Assembly (NCBI GenBank): GCA_009602735.1
Contig: WELA01000937.1
Coordinates: 97,259-140,639 of the forward strand
DNA from: Mesotaenium endlicherianum
Lineage: Eukaryota
DNA: 43,381 nucleotides
Direction: 5' to 3'
In this document: piece after piece, positions 9,605 through 22,381 of the stretch
Position numbering within the stretch: the first letter of the stretch is position 1
Layout: every line of letters starts with the position of its first letter
Position numbers and translations under genes: made by a program
The notes under the pieces: model-generated
The model's input: only the letters and a program-made list of their open reading frames with translations
Database searches by the model: none
What the model was told of the DNA's origin: nothing

Positions 9605-12600
9605 TCATCCCCCTCCTCAAGATGCGACGTCCTCGACGCATTCTGCAGATAACGTCTCAACTTACTCTTACAATGAGTCAAGTTGGCCTCTGGCTCCCAA
9701 GTGTTGTCATCCGCATGGAAGCCTTTTCACTTGACCAGATACTCTTGGACAAATCGTTGACCTCGCTTGACTCGTCGATCGCCGACAATTGCCTCCACTT
9801 CATACTCCAATACATCATCGATCTCGACCGGTGGTGGCGGTGTAAGTAGTCATCCTGGATGTCCTTCATTCGGGTCAACGTATGGCCGCAAACAACTGAC
9901 ATGGAACACATCATGGATACGCCAGCCTGAAGGAAGTTCCAACTTGTAGGCCACTTGATTCACCTGCTTGAGCACCACAAGGAGACCTGTAAACCGCGCC
10001 CGCAGTTTCCTCTTGCCTGTGAAAGGTAGGTTCTCTGTGAACAAGAGTACTTTGTCGCCCACATGGGATGTCACTTCCCTCCTGTGCTTGTTAGCATGCT
10101 TGACCTGCTCTTCCTGTGCCTTCCAAATACACGTCTTGGCCATATCCCAAGTCTTGGCCATCTGCTCCATAAAAACTTGTGTAGTAGGAACCTGAGTCTC
10201 CTTGGCCTTCTCCAACAAGATGTTCCTTGGATGATATACTTCTCGCCCATAAACCATAGCGAATGGTAACTGCTTGGTGGATCCCTGCATGCTGTTGTTG
10301 TTGGCAAACTTCAATCTTGGCAGCTTCTTGTCCCACTCTGAAGGGTCCTCCATAGTGAAACTCCTGAGCACCTCTTGCAGAGTTCTGTTGAGCCTCTCAC
10401 TCTGCCCATCTGTCTGAGGGTGATAGGAAGTGCTCATACTCAGCTTGGTCCCTATCAAAGTAAACAATGACCGCCAAAAATTGCTAGNATTGCTAGTGAA
10501 CCTTGGATCCCACTCTGAAACAATCACCTTCGGCAACCCATATAGCCTGAAAATCTGATCAACGAATAGCCGTGCCACATCCGCTGCCGTAGAAGTCTCC
10601 TTCATGGGAATGAAGTGAGCCATCTTGCTGAGTCTGTTAGACACAACCCATATTGCATCGTGCCCTTGACTACTGACTGGTAACGATGTGATGAAGTCCA
10701 TAGCAATCNAATGAAGTCCATAGCAATCTCCTCCCAAGGATATTCTGGAATAGGCAGGGGCTGCAATGTACCTCCCTTCTTTTGATTTGGTGTCTTGTTT
10801 CTCTGGCACGCATCCCAACTCCTGATCCAATCCTCGATGTCCTTGTCCATATTTCTCCAGTAGTATTCCCGCTTCAGCACGCTTGCCGTCTTCTCGCTTC
10901 CAAAATGTCCAGCATATAAGCATTCATGATGCTCCGCAAGTAGTAAGTCTCGTAGCTTCTTGATGTCAGGTACCACCACTCTGTTGGAATCACCATAATA
11001 CCATATGCCGTCCTTCTTCTGCATACTCGAGTTGGACTCAGCTGCTCCACCATCAGCAAACTCTGGGTCCTCCTCATAACCTCTCTGAAGCTTCTTCTTG
11101 AAGTCCATATTCTCCTTAATGACTGAAACAGCTGCAAGGTCACACCTCCTGGATAGAGCGTCTGCAGGGTTGATCTTCCCAGGTAAGTACTCAATCTTGT
11201 GGTCGAACTGTTGCAGAAACTCCATCCACCTTGCTTGTCTTGGTGTCAACGTTGGCTGCGTCATAAACTTCTCCAAGCTCTTGTGGTCGGTCTTGATGAA
11301 CACCTTCCGACCGTCCACATAACATCGCCAAATCCTCAAAGCCTGGATAATAGCCAACATCTCTCGCTCGTGTGCTGCATAGTTCTGCTCTGCAGGACTC
11401 AACTTTCTGCTCTCATATGCCACAGGCTGCAACCCTTTGCCCTGGTCTTGGAGAAGGATGGCTCCCACTGCAAAGTTTGATGCGTCCGTGATGATGGTGA
11501 AAGGAAGCTCTGGACTTGCAATTGCCAACACAGGTGCCTGTGTCAACAGCTCCTTAATCTTCTCAAATGCTTGCTGCTCCTTGTCACCCCATAGCCACTT
11601 CTCCTGCTTCTTCAACATGTCCGTGAGCGGTGCACACACCTTGGCAAATCCTTCAATGAAACGTCGATAATAATTCGCCATGCCGAGGAAACTCCTGAGT
11701 TGATGAATATCAGCAGGTACCGGCCAATCTCTGACTGCTTGCACCTTCTTCTGCTCCACCTTGACTCCTTCAGCTCCCACTATGTGTCCAAGAAACTCGA
11801 CCTCCTTGAGACAGAAGTCGCACTTGCTCATCTTCCCATACAGCTTTTGATCTCTCAAGACCTCCAACACCTTCCTCAGATGCCCCACATGCTCCTCCAA
11901 GGTCTTCGAATAGATCAGGATGTCGTCCAAAAATACCACCACAAACTGGTCCAAGTAGGGTCTGAAGATACTATTCATGAGTCCCATGAATGTAGCAGGT
12001 GCATTAGTCAATCCAAAAGGCATGACTGTGAACTCGAACAAACCATAGCGAGTTCTGAAAGCAGTCTTCTGAACGTCTCCTTCCGCAATCCGTACCTGGT
12101 GATAGCCACTCCTCAAATCGATCTTCGAGAAATACTTCGCCCCGACAAGCCTGTCAATCAACTCGTCCACTCGTGGAAGTGGGTACCTGTTCTTGATGGT
12201 GACCTTGTTGAGTGCCCGGTAGTCGACACACATCCTCATAGTCCCATCCTTCTTCTTCACAAATAAGACTGGCGCTGCAAATGGAGACTCGCTGGGTCGG
12301 ATGAATCCCTTCTCCAATAACTCTGTCAGTTGCTTCTTTAACTCATCCAACTCCGCAAACGATTGTCGATAGGCGGGTCTCACTGGTGGCTTGCTCCCTG
12401 GTTCCAACTCAATCTTGTGCTCCATAGCTCTCTGTGGAGGTAATCCTGCAGGTAGCTCCTCAGGAAATACGCACTTGAACTCCTCCAACAGCGCCTTAAT
12501 TTGGGCAGGCATCTCAGCAGGCTTCTTCTCTTGAGCAGTTGGGCTCTGCTCCTTCTGAGCAAGGGGATCAGACACCACTACTTGCTCCTCCGGCGATGTA

Positions 12601-13304
12601 CATTCGCCCAGGCTGTTAGGATTCACGCTTGCTCCATCTGATGACCTGGCCAGGGCCACCGAAACAAGGTACATCTCCTTCACCTGATTCGCCCTGCATA
12701 GCTTCTTAACTTGCAGGCTCGACAGAAGACAGTTACTTGTGGTCGTATCTACCTCCACCTGTTTCGCTGTCTCCATTCGACCATCACGCCCTTGGACTTT
12801 CACTTGTCCTGTGCTCCAGTGCACTTGAGGGTTGGCTTTCCTCAGCCATGGTCGGCCCAATATCACCTCATGGTGACCCAACTCTGCCTGCTCCATAACT
12901 TCCTTACTCCGGTGCCCCGCTACTTCCACGTGAATAGCTTCCGTAGGTGCACCACACTTGAGTCTCTGCCCATTCGCCAAAATTGCCTCCTTAGGCTCAT
13001 AATTCTTCTGCACAGGGATTCGCCACTTTTTCACCAGCTTCTTGTGCACAAAGTTTGCACTTGCGCCACTGTCGACCATGCACTTCGCCTTGTTGCCGTC
13101 GACTACTCCTTCCACGATAATAGGCTTGTCAACATCTCGTCTTCCGCTTCTTGGCAGGCTCCTGGGGATAACCTCCTTGTGAGTTCTTGTCTTCACGCCA
13201 GTAGACACCTCAAAACGACTTACTCGCGTCCTCCTTTTTCCTACTGTTGAGGTTGCTTCGCCTTCACATGACAGTCTTGAGCCAGATGTCCAAGCTTGCC
13301 GCAA
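9592..13304 (-). pseudogene. pol: pol of copy C: PR-RT-RH open, integrase and chromodomain degenerate
   Basis: ORFs 10602-13304 and 9850-10923; integrase VSDRD changed to VSEWD; stop before the chromodomain. Confidence 0.92.
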
Positions 13305-14240
13305 TTATAGCAGGGTCCTCTCGGCTTGAAATTCTATTGCCTGCGCTGGTACTGCACAAGTCCCAAACTGGACCTTGAACACTCGTGCTTGGCGCTTGAG
13401 ATCCAAAGTGTCGATATCCTCCAAAGTTGTGGCTGCCCCACTGCCTCTGACTATACTCCACAGCGTCGACCCTTGCTGCCAATGCCATCATTTTCCCAAG
13501 ACTGGTAGGGTCCTTGAGTGCCACTTCCTTGGCCACAGTTGGCTTGAGTCCTCTCTTGAACTTGTCCATCATCTCCGACTCGTGCATGGATGGACATTGA
13601 AGCACCAGCTCGTTGAAGCGCGATACATACTCTTGAACGCTTCCTTGCTGACGAAGGCGCACCAATAGATCTCGAGCGGTAGCCTCGGGTGCAATAGGTT
13701 GAAATTGCCTCTTCAAGCCTTCAAGAGCTGATCAACAGTAGCAAGAACTCCAGACAGCTGCTCTTCTTGTTCATACCAAGCTCCAGCACTCTTCTGCAGT
13801 AAAGTTATGACAAAGGCGACTTGCCTGTCGGGCGTGAGCGCAGAATACTCCATAAACTTCTTCACTCCAAAAATCCATTGATGAACAGGCGGCGATCCAC
13901 GCTCTCCAGTATACATTTCAGGCTTAGGCGCACGCACTCTCGATGCGGGTGGAATAACTAGTTGCACCACTGGGTTAACATGAATTGGTGGTACAACAGG
14001 TGTAGGTGCCGAACTCGTCGAAGCGGCGGTTCCAACAACAACTCGCACCATTCTCTCCACCTCCGCGCGCATATTTTGTTGAAACTGGGCATAGACTTCT
14101 CCTCCAATTGCATTCGCCATTTGCCTCAGCATCGCCTGCATTTCTTGTTGCTCTCTAATCATCGTTGGTGCTGCCTGCTGCATCGCGCGCTCAACATGCT
14201 CGACATGTTCGCCTCCTCCAGCTGCCGACTGCGACTCCAT
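13220..14240 (-). pseudogene. gag: gag of copy C with frameshifts
   Basis: ORFs 13713-14240 and 13264-13716; 1-nt loss near 13716 and a 10-nt deletion in the PVPMEL codons relative to copy A. Confidence 0.9.
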
Positions 14241-14277
14241 AATATAATATGCAAACTAGCCCAGCTCCGATACTAGA

Positions 14278-15021
14278 TGAAAGGGGCAGAGTGCCCTAGT
14301 GGAAGCGTAGTGACTTACGAGGAAAAGAACTAGTTGCAATCATAGTAAAGAGTGCAGCGGCATATCACTAAGAAAGCTTAGGAAAATTACTCAACATTTT
14401 GAGTAACAAGAAACTGCTCACAAATGATGTAGGGTGAAAGACCTTGTCATTACAAACCCGTAGAAATTTACACAAGTGAAAACTGATGAGAAGCAAAGAA
14501 GTTATGCCTATTTATAATTTTTTGCCTAAGTGCTCCTCCCTAGGAGGAAGCTACGGATCCTCCTAAGTGTTCGTCAAATCGTCCCTTCCAGAATATTCGT
14601 GAGTAAGCCAGATCAGTCTAATTTGACATGTCGGGCCGAATTGACGTCCACATACATGCATCAACATTACTAGAATATTCTATCTTAGACGCGCTAGGCT
14701 AAACCAAAACTTCTAGGTAAATCGACCTAGTCGGCACTCCGCGTCAGCCGAACTTACGTGAAGGTTCGAGTTCATTTTAACGGGCCAGATCGCTCGACGC
14801 TCTCGGTCAATCCGACGGTCGCGCTCACCGCGAATTAAGGACAGTCGTCAACCGACCTCAAAACTAATTAAACTTCAGAAATCCGTAACTCTCTCAATAC
14901 TTGACCAAATTCGATGAACTTTATATCAAAATGACCACAAAAATGCACTTTACATTAATATACAATCAGAACATACTTTCATGAAACTCAAAAATGCACT
15001 TTATAAACCTATGACCTTACA
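14278..15021 (-). repeat. 5' LTR of copy C (744 bp)
   Basis: Reverse complement of the family LTR with TG...CA ends. Confidence 0.95.
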
Positions 15022-15079
15022 AGACCCTTGTCACAAGGACCTGAGAGAAGGGCGGGAGGGGTGGGGGGAGATTAAGCAC

Positions 15080-15235
15080 CTTCATCTGCAGGCTACCAAA
15101 GGCGGGGTTGATGAGGCGTCGCTGGCGCGCCCACAGCTCACCATCTGCCGTCACCAGGCTCCTCCCCAGGATGGGCAGGGTCTGGCGCGCAAAGTCAGTC
15201 TTGGGGTACATGCTGTTCTCCCCCGTCACCAGTAT
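15080..15235 (-). CDS. P450 exon 3
   Basis: CAG|ILVTGENSMYPKTDF...WARQRRLINPAFGSLQMK|GT, 156 nt, phase 0-0. Confidence 0.88.
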
Positions 15236-16614
15236 CTGTGCACACGCACAGGCGCGCACGCACGCACAGGCGCAGGCATGCACCACAAACCAACCAACCC
15301 CCCCCCCCACCTCCCCCCCCAACAAACAATTGCCCCTCCACACCCCGCCCCACCTAACCCAAACACCCACCCGTGCGGCCAAAACCAGCTTAGCAGGGCA
15401 CTGTCGGCTGTGCTCTGAGGGATTTGCGGGGCAGGAAGAAAGAGGAGAGGATTTAAGGCAAAGTTCTAGGTCAGGTTTTAGATCGGGTTTAAGGTCTCGT
15501 TTCAGGGCTCTGGCTGGTGCTACAGGTCTTACTGAAACTTTTCAAACATTCTGAGAAGGGTATGGAAACTCAAACGCCTGCGGCTGTTTATATAGTATAT
15601 CAACAAAAAGCACATATGTGACTAATCATGCACACAAGCTCTGATGAAGTAAAATCGATCGCCATCACCTGACGACCGTCTGTAGTTATTGTTCTTAAAT
15701 TCCTTCTTTGTAGACTCTGCATAAGCTATCCTTCTAACGTCCCTCCACTCCATACATCTGAAACTTTAATTCCACTACACCCTCTGGGAAGGATTCACCC
15801 ATATCATCAACTGCTGTGGTCGTGTTGGTCTTTATCGTTACGTTTCTTCTGCGAAGAAACTCTTCGAGTGTCTGGCATAGCCTCGGAGCAAACTCAGGAA
15901 CATAGCTCCCCCCTTCCACTCCAGGCCCCTCGTTCCATCGAGACATTGTCCTCCTATAAGATGTGGAACTCGCAGCTCTTGTGGCACACACCGTGCTCTT
16001 CATTGTGAAGTCGGTCAACATATCATCTGAACATCTCGTTGCCAACATTCCCATTTACTCGTGCGCAGAAAAGCATCGCATGCACGCTCTCCCCCCCCCA
16101 CCACCCCCCCCTCCCCCATCCGGTGCAGGCTGNNNNNNNNNNNNNNNNNNNNNNNNNCACCCCCCCCTCCCCCATCCGGTCCAGGCTGTGGGGCGCTCAG
16201 TCCGTCACCTTTTTAGACCTGAGCGCTTACCTCCCAAGCCCTAATCCTGACAAGAAGCCTTCATGTGAACCTCCAACCCTAAGCTCCGACCCTCAACTCA
16301 GGCCTTCATTCAGACCCCTCGCTACAAACGAGCAATTCCTACGACACCACACACCCACACAACCAAGATTCTGACTCTGCAACCCCTGGCCCTTCAACCC
16401 CCACCCTTCCATTCACTTTCAAATCTTTACTCTACAGTCCTAGCAGCCCCAGCAACTCTCACAGTACCCTTGCAGAACACATCCCTCACCCTAAACATCG
16501 GTTCTTTAAAGCGGGAACTTCAGCCCTCCTGAGGGTGCCAGCAGGCCTGCGCAAGGGCGGGGTGGGGGGGGAGGGCTGGGCAACGAGGCTCCCGAGTGGG
16601 CCAGGTTGCGTCAC

Positions 16615-16824
16615 CTGGCGGGCCATGGCCGGGTACGCGATGACGAGGCGCGGGATGGGCCCAAATCCCATCAGGAAGAGGCTCCCCTGCGTCTGCATGG
16701 CCGCCAGCTGGAAGCCCATGAATGAATCGGGCCCGTCCTTTTTGCCGCCACTCCCATCAGAGGGCTGGGGATTGCGCGTCGCTGTCGCAAATCGACGCAT
16801 GTCGGGAGCTGCCCGATGAACGGC
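16615..16824 (-). CDS. P450 exon 2 (contains a 1-nt frameshift)
   Basis: CAG|(R)PFIGQLP/DMRRF...GSLFLMGFGPIPRLVIAYPAMARQ|GT; 210 nt where 211 are needed to keep phase. Confidence 0.75.
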
Positions 16825-17899
16825 CTGTTTATTTTTTTTTCATCAAATAGTCATACATTTTGGTGTGATGTCCGCCCGCCCGCCCGCCCATCCGCCCATC
16901 ATCCATTAGTTGCCGGGTCAGCAGCAGTACAAGCCAAGGTCGTGGGCGTGCAAGCGTGCGCACACGCGCGCATGAGCGAGCATGTACTTGCGCGCGCATA
17001 CGTCGCGTGCGCGATGCGTGCGTGGCTGGTGTACATGAAGTGGCGTCGGGTGATGTCATCGACGACGCGAAAGAGTTTGGCACAGCCATGGGTGGACCTG
17101 CACACGCCTTTTACACGCCCACCTACGCATCTACACACGTGTTTTCACACAAGTGCTCGTGCATGTCCGAGTTCCTGCAGTTTGTTCTGCGACAATGCCA
17201 AGACCACCACGGCTGCTAGCATGGCAACACGTGTCCAAAGGAACTTTTGCAGATTCCGCGTGCCAAGATTTTGAATCCAGGGTGCGGCAGTTCTTGTGAG
17301 ATGTAATGTGTGAGATGGTGTATTATTGAGTAACGGTCATCTCATCTGTACAAACCTGCACCTTGGATGCAAGAATTGCAGATGTCTCGGAAAACACACA
17401 CACACACACACCACCACGCATACATACACACACATGCACGCATAACTGTTGATGTTTGTGTATGTAATGGCGAAAAGAGTCGGAGTCTTAATATTGGCCG
17501 CATGTTTAATGCACAAGCTGCGTATCTTCAGTTCATCCACACTTCTCTTGCACTGCCTGTGCATAAAATCACAAACGGGAGTTGTAAAATTTTGCGTGTA
17601 TACGAGCAATCTATATGCGTACCGCCTACATGCCCTTCCTCGCCATAAGAGCACACACGAGCGGTGTGCATGCATGAGTGCATACACGCCACGCATTCAT
17701 TCATGTGTTAGTACGTGTGACGAGCACACGTGCACATAGAGATTCAGGACACCAAGTTTCTGCTCGTCAAATTTTGTTCCTCCCTCTCTCCACAAAACAC
17801 CTCAAGCTTTTGCTGAAAGGCATCAAAAAGCACCAACTTCAAGTAAGCCAAAGCAAATACACTATCGATATATACATGTAGAGAGAGATAAGAAAAGCG

Positions 17900-18110
17900 C
17901 GATCATGACAATATGTGGATTTATACACAAGAGATGGATACATACACAAGAGATGCATGAATATGTATATACATACAGATATGTACGTGTAATACATCCA
18001 TATACATACATATACACATATATATATTCAGATATATACATATACACATATATATATATACACACACATTCGTTTGCATACATACTTATACACGCCCACG
18101 CACACACACT
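17900..18110. repeat. Degenerate (TA/CA)n microsatellite in P450 intron 1
   Basis: tatacatacatatacacatatatat... runs. Confidence 0.8.
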
Positions 18111-18338
18111 GAGACTTCATACGCAGCAGGTATCATCGCTAATCCTCTGCAACTGGATGACCCTACCTGAGTGATATGAGATACAGATAAAATGCTAGGA
18201 CCCTATTCTTACATACGGGCAAAAGGAAGGGGGGGGNGAAAATTAACTAAGAGAACCAGGGGTGCATCGGTCCTGGTTCCATGGAGGAACAAAAGAAGGA
18301 AAAAAAAACAGAATAGGGAGAAGAAAAGGATTGGTCAC

Positions 18339-18511
18339 CTGAATGGCATGGTGGGTATGCCCTGGCGCCGGCACGCCTGCCAGATGCCATATGGCACCAC
18401 CACATAGCTCCACACCACCCACAGCAGAAGCCCACAGGTGGCGGACAGGAGGAGGGTAGAAACATCTGGCAATCTCGGAGGCACACTAAAAGTTGCCCAA
18501 AACTCTCCCAT
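18339..18511 (-). CDS. P450 exon 1 (membrane anchor)
   Basis: MGEFWATF...LLLSATCGLLLWVVWSYVVVPYGIWQACRRQGIPTMPF(R)|GTGA. Confidence 0.8.
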
Positions 18512-19252
18512 GACGATGGACTTGGAAGAATTCAATGAGGATTACTTATACTGGCTGCAGGAGGCTGACCGGGTGGACTCTGTGGTCAACTATGCGCGGT
18601 CAACTTCTCACTTGGATCAATATGGGTCGACAGCGAGGGTCTTGAGTGACGTGAGACAGATAGCCGCTGACGTGGATGTGGACGTGGATGTGATGAGGAT
18701 GCTGACAAGGATGAAATGATGAGTGGATTCAAATGGACCGGCTCAAGGAAGTTGACTTCCAAAAGTGAGATTTGACCCCTTTGACTTGGCAACCAGCAGC
18801 TAACAAGCAAGAGGCTGACAGAATCTTGATTTGCAACAGGTGTGGCTTGATTGCTCACTACTCACTTGGGCTGCTCAAGAATCAGACTGACAATGAGGCT
18901 AAGAACTTACATGTGAATACTAAATTGGCAGCGTCTTCAGGGTACGTCAACTGGGGGTGAGCTCGCCTGCCCACAGCCAATGATCCCTGTGGGTCGGAAA
19001 AAGGCGGGAGAAAAATATACGAAATCGTAGGCGCAGGAGAATTATACGAGGGCCAGGGGAAGACGGGACTATGCACTGAAACAATAAGGAGTGGTCAGGA
19101 GGCGCTGGAGAGATTTGGCGGCCTATTTAAGTACGGTGAATTCTATGCCGGCTGAGAAGGTGCAGGATTATATCGACAACAGCATGCAATGCGGGCACCC
19201 AACAGCAGAGGGCTGCATATCCAAGTGCATGCAACTTAGGTGTTCTTGCTAA
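18510..19252 (+). pseudogene. Degenerate coding-like remnant, possibly a Myb/SANT (trihelix-like) protein of transposon origin
   Basis: Broken frames, including RRRWRDLAAYL...CGHPTAEGCISKCMQL (19088-19252), which resembles W..(I/L)A..L...G..RT..QC..KW..L. Confidence 0.3.
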
Positions 19253-20284
19253 GGTATGAAAATGAAAGCATAGATTTTTACATTTGAGAGGAAGTCACAC
19301 CTCAACTGTAAATAAGAGTGCACTTCGCAGACTTAAGAAAGTCGTGTACGCTTTAACAGTGCTTATCTGCATGCGTACCACATGTATATCTGGAGCATTG
19401 TTGTCGACGTTATATGTCTCCCAAATCTTTGCTGACTAACCTTCGCATAGTCGACGTAGCAACTACACGACCATAATGTGCGCCTAAATGTTAGACTCAC
19501 ATTTGAATGTCCTGAAGTTGCATGCCATCGAAGTCACAAGATGTGTGTGCCTGCTTTATGTCTTGCATTCAACGTGTACCGAGTTACACGAGCATAGCAG
19601 AGCATACGGTCAATTAAGAATATTGTTGACCATATGACATCATCATTGACCACGTTGACCAAAAGGACTCAAGACTTATAAATTCTACACACGTATTCAT
19701 GCGTGTTCACAAGTGCTACCACGCCTGACAGAACAGCTAGGCCTAGACAACTAGATATGTGTTCACACGAAGGAATATTGTATAATCTAAGATATTCATG
19801 AAAATTAGACTCTTGTGAGAGCAATGTATAAGCTCGAGAGTTAACGACATTCAGCATAGAAGTTGTCAATTTGCATATACCTCCTTGTATTGATAGTGTC
19901 AGAGGCTAGTGTCCTAGCCATCAGATTAGAACACACCATAGGTTCTTCCTCAACTGCTACTTATGAAGAGCAGTAAAGTTGCATATTGAAGATCAATCAA
20001 CAACAAACTTTACTACTCCATAGCTTCTCTTCACAACTCATTCAAGTTAGTTCTGTCCTTTGTCAGCTATTCTGTACCTAAACAGGAGTCAAAATCTTTC
20101 TTCTAACAAATATTGTCTTACGAGCTTTTACCAATTTTTACGCCCTAAGCAAGAGTAACTTGCTCCCAGCTGCAGTCACCAAATATGCGTTGATCTGCAC
20201 TTTCACAATTTCTCTCTAAGTCAACTGGAGTTAACACTATCTCAATGACGTCAAATACGCTCGTGCCGAAAGGCTTGCCCGCCT

Positions 20285-20320
20285 GACTGTTACTAGTTGG
20301 ACGACTGTTACTAGTTGGAC
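20285..20320. repeat. Perfect 18-bp tandem duplication
   Basis: GACTGTTACTAGTTGGAC x2. Confidence 0.85.
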
Positions 20321-22381
20321 GGTGCAGCACGCGTGGCGCAAGTCACGGCTTCCTCAGGCACGGACAGCGAGCGTTGACTCACCGATCAAATTGCTGACAT
20401 GTGCAAGTTTAGCGTTAAAACACTAAGTTAGCCACACGTGAGGTGTGACTGCGACAGGTCAAACCCGACTCCCAACGATGGGTGGGGTGTTAACAGACAG
20501 GCCAGCTGCAAGGCTGACCCCATCAAGACTTGCAAGGTCCACGCGAGCAGCTGCAAAGTCAAGTCAGACAGGGCTGACAAAACGGTTATCTCAGTTGCTG
20601 CCAAGTCAGGCCACACTGAGAGGGCAGGCCAACTTGGCCAGGGTCCATTGGCACAAATGCCCAACGGAGCTCCCACGCCTGGAGACATGGGCTCAAAGGC
20701 CACATCAGCTGTATGCTAACCGAAATCTTTAAGCAAGCACAAGTTACAACTACGAGGCTTGCATGCATGCTACGTGATGCAATATAAGTCAAGTTTTAGG
20801 ATGACAGAAGTTGCATGCAAGTGCCTGTGAAAGGCACAAGCCTTGCACACTTTCCCTCATTCTTCCCTCGCACATTTTGCCAACAAGCAAAAAGAAGGAG
20901 CGAAGAAGAAAGAAGGAGAAGAGAGAAGGCGCGAGGGAGGAGTTCCCAAGGCCACAAGGAGCCCGAGAAGTTTGCCAATGCTTGAAAATCCTTACTCTTG
21001 TATCATGGAAAAGTTAAGAACTAGGAGTTCCCAAGAAGGAATTTTGGATCAAAAAGATAGAGCGCTTGCACATAGGATCTGCTAGGACCAAACGCCACAG
21101 GCGTGCAAAAAGCATATAAAATAGAGAAATTGATGTCACAAAAGTACATCTATCGAAACACATTTATGTATGTATTGTGCACTTCCACAATGAAATCTAC
21201 GACATCCTGTTGCAAGATTGAACGCCATATACAAATCTTGTGAAAAAATTAGCTACTTTTCAATCTACACCAAAATGTGAATAGGGTTTGCGTTGAGGTA
21301 TTTTTTGTGCATGGTGAGCTAAGGATGCTCAGAGGCTGGTGGTGGTTCTGAACCTTCTGATGGGCCATCACCAACATTCGAGCAAGTCTACTAGCTTCTT
21401 TACCAAAAAGACCTTGTAGTACCTTGCGCAATGTTGTGGTTCGCACAAGGGGTGACTAAATCACAATCTCCACTATGTTCTTTGTGTTGTGACATGCAAA
21501 CGGCAAGGTGCGCAATTGTGAGGTGTTGTTGATTCCCAATAGATACTACATGTGCATTTCATGTCCAAAAGGGAAAATTATCTTACACAAGCCCATGGGC
21601 AAGAAAAGTAACAAAGCAAACTCTACACTTTGAATCGAGAGCCATAACCTCAACCCGAAACTTTCGAGACGATGAGAACATTCAAACAACGGTCACCTTT
21701 ACATAACACGCTAACGGCGCACAACCTCGACCACACGACACACTGCCCTCCCAAAAACAGGCAGCCGTGACTGCTTGGCCAAAGTGTTTGCTCGACACAA
21801 GCTATTTTACAATCTGCCGTCATGATACATACTTCTTGCTCACAACCTCTACTCGAGCTCTTGCTCGATCCAATGAGGGGCAAAGACTAGCCACGACTGG
21901 GCATATAACGCTCCAAAGAGCACACTACATCACTCGAGAGTTTGATGACAAAAGGGAGCTACATCTCAAGGCACCTCACGTTCGTGAGGCATTGGCAACC
22001 TTTTTCGCCTTCACCAATTGCACCGTACATATTGAACACCTCACCACCAGATGACTCATACTTTGATACTACAAACAAATGGGCAAAATCAGCTCTCGAT
22101 TGTTCTGGATGAGAGGATACTGGGCATTCCAAGCCTGCACACGGACTTGTAATGCTGGAACATTGAAGTCAAATTACTCATGCATACGAAAGTGCTTGGA
22201 ACTCACTCGAGACTAGTCGTTTCAACGTCTCCCAAAGCATGTGCTCTCCCTATGGCCTTATCAATCCTCCAAGAGTGTTTCAAAAAGTCACGACCAAGTG
22301 CTATCTACTCAAACGACCCTAATAATACCAAATTTCGGAGTTCAAGCATTAATGCGCATCTCCTTGAGTTTCCTGTAGCTG

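Larger units (their letters stand above)
9013..15021 (-). mobile_element. Chromovirus copy C (same family as A, opposite orientation) in P450 intron 3; defective
   Basis: Reverse-complement match to copy A over LTR, gag and pol; mutated PBS TAGTATCGGAGC (14275-14264); PPT 9618-9605; the 3' LTR is cut at the N at 9012, so the TSD cannot be verified. Confidence 0.95.
8642..18511 (-). pseudogene. Cytochrome P450 of the CYP72 clan (CYP72/709/734-like), 5' four exons only: 18511-18339, 16824-16615, 15235-15080, 8967-8642; probably disrupted
   Basis: N-terminal TM anchor plus RRQGIPTMPFR; FGPIPRLVIAYP; SLVTADGELWARQRRLINPAF (WxxxR); ELSKLTLDIIGKSAFG (E helix); GT-AG borders; 1-nt frameshift at ~16805; I helix, ExxR and heme Cys motifs not found in the window. 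Confidence 0.85.

Noticed and set aside
6770..10750. Apparent frameshifts or short duplications at single Ns (6779, ~10488, ~10709)
   Set aside because: Each N separates overlapping duplicated sequence (e.g. ATGAAGTCCATAGCAATC-N-AATGAAGTCCATAGCAATC), typical of contig-join artefacts rather than biology
2939..13668. Many antisense or alternate-frame ORFs within copies A and C
   Set aside because: Shadows of gag/pol; conserved between copies only because the DNA is near-identical
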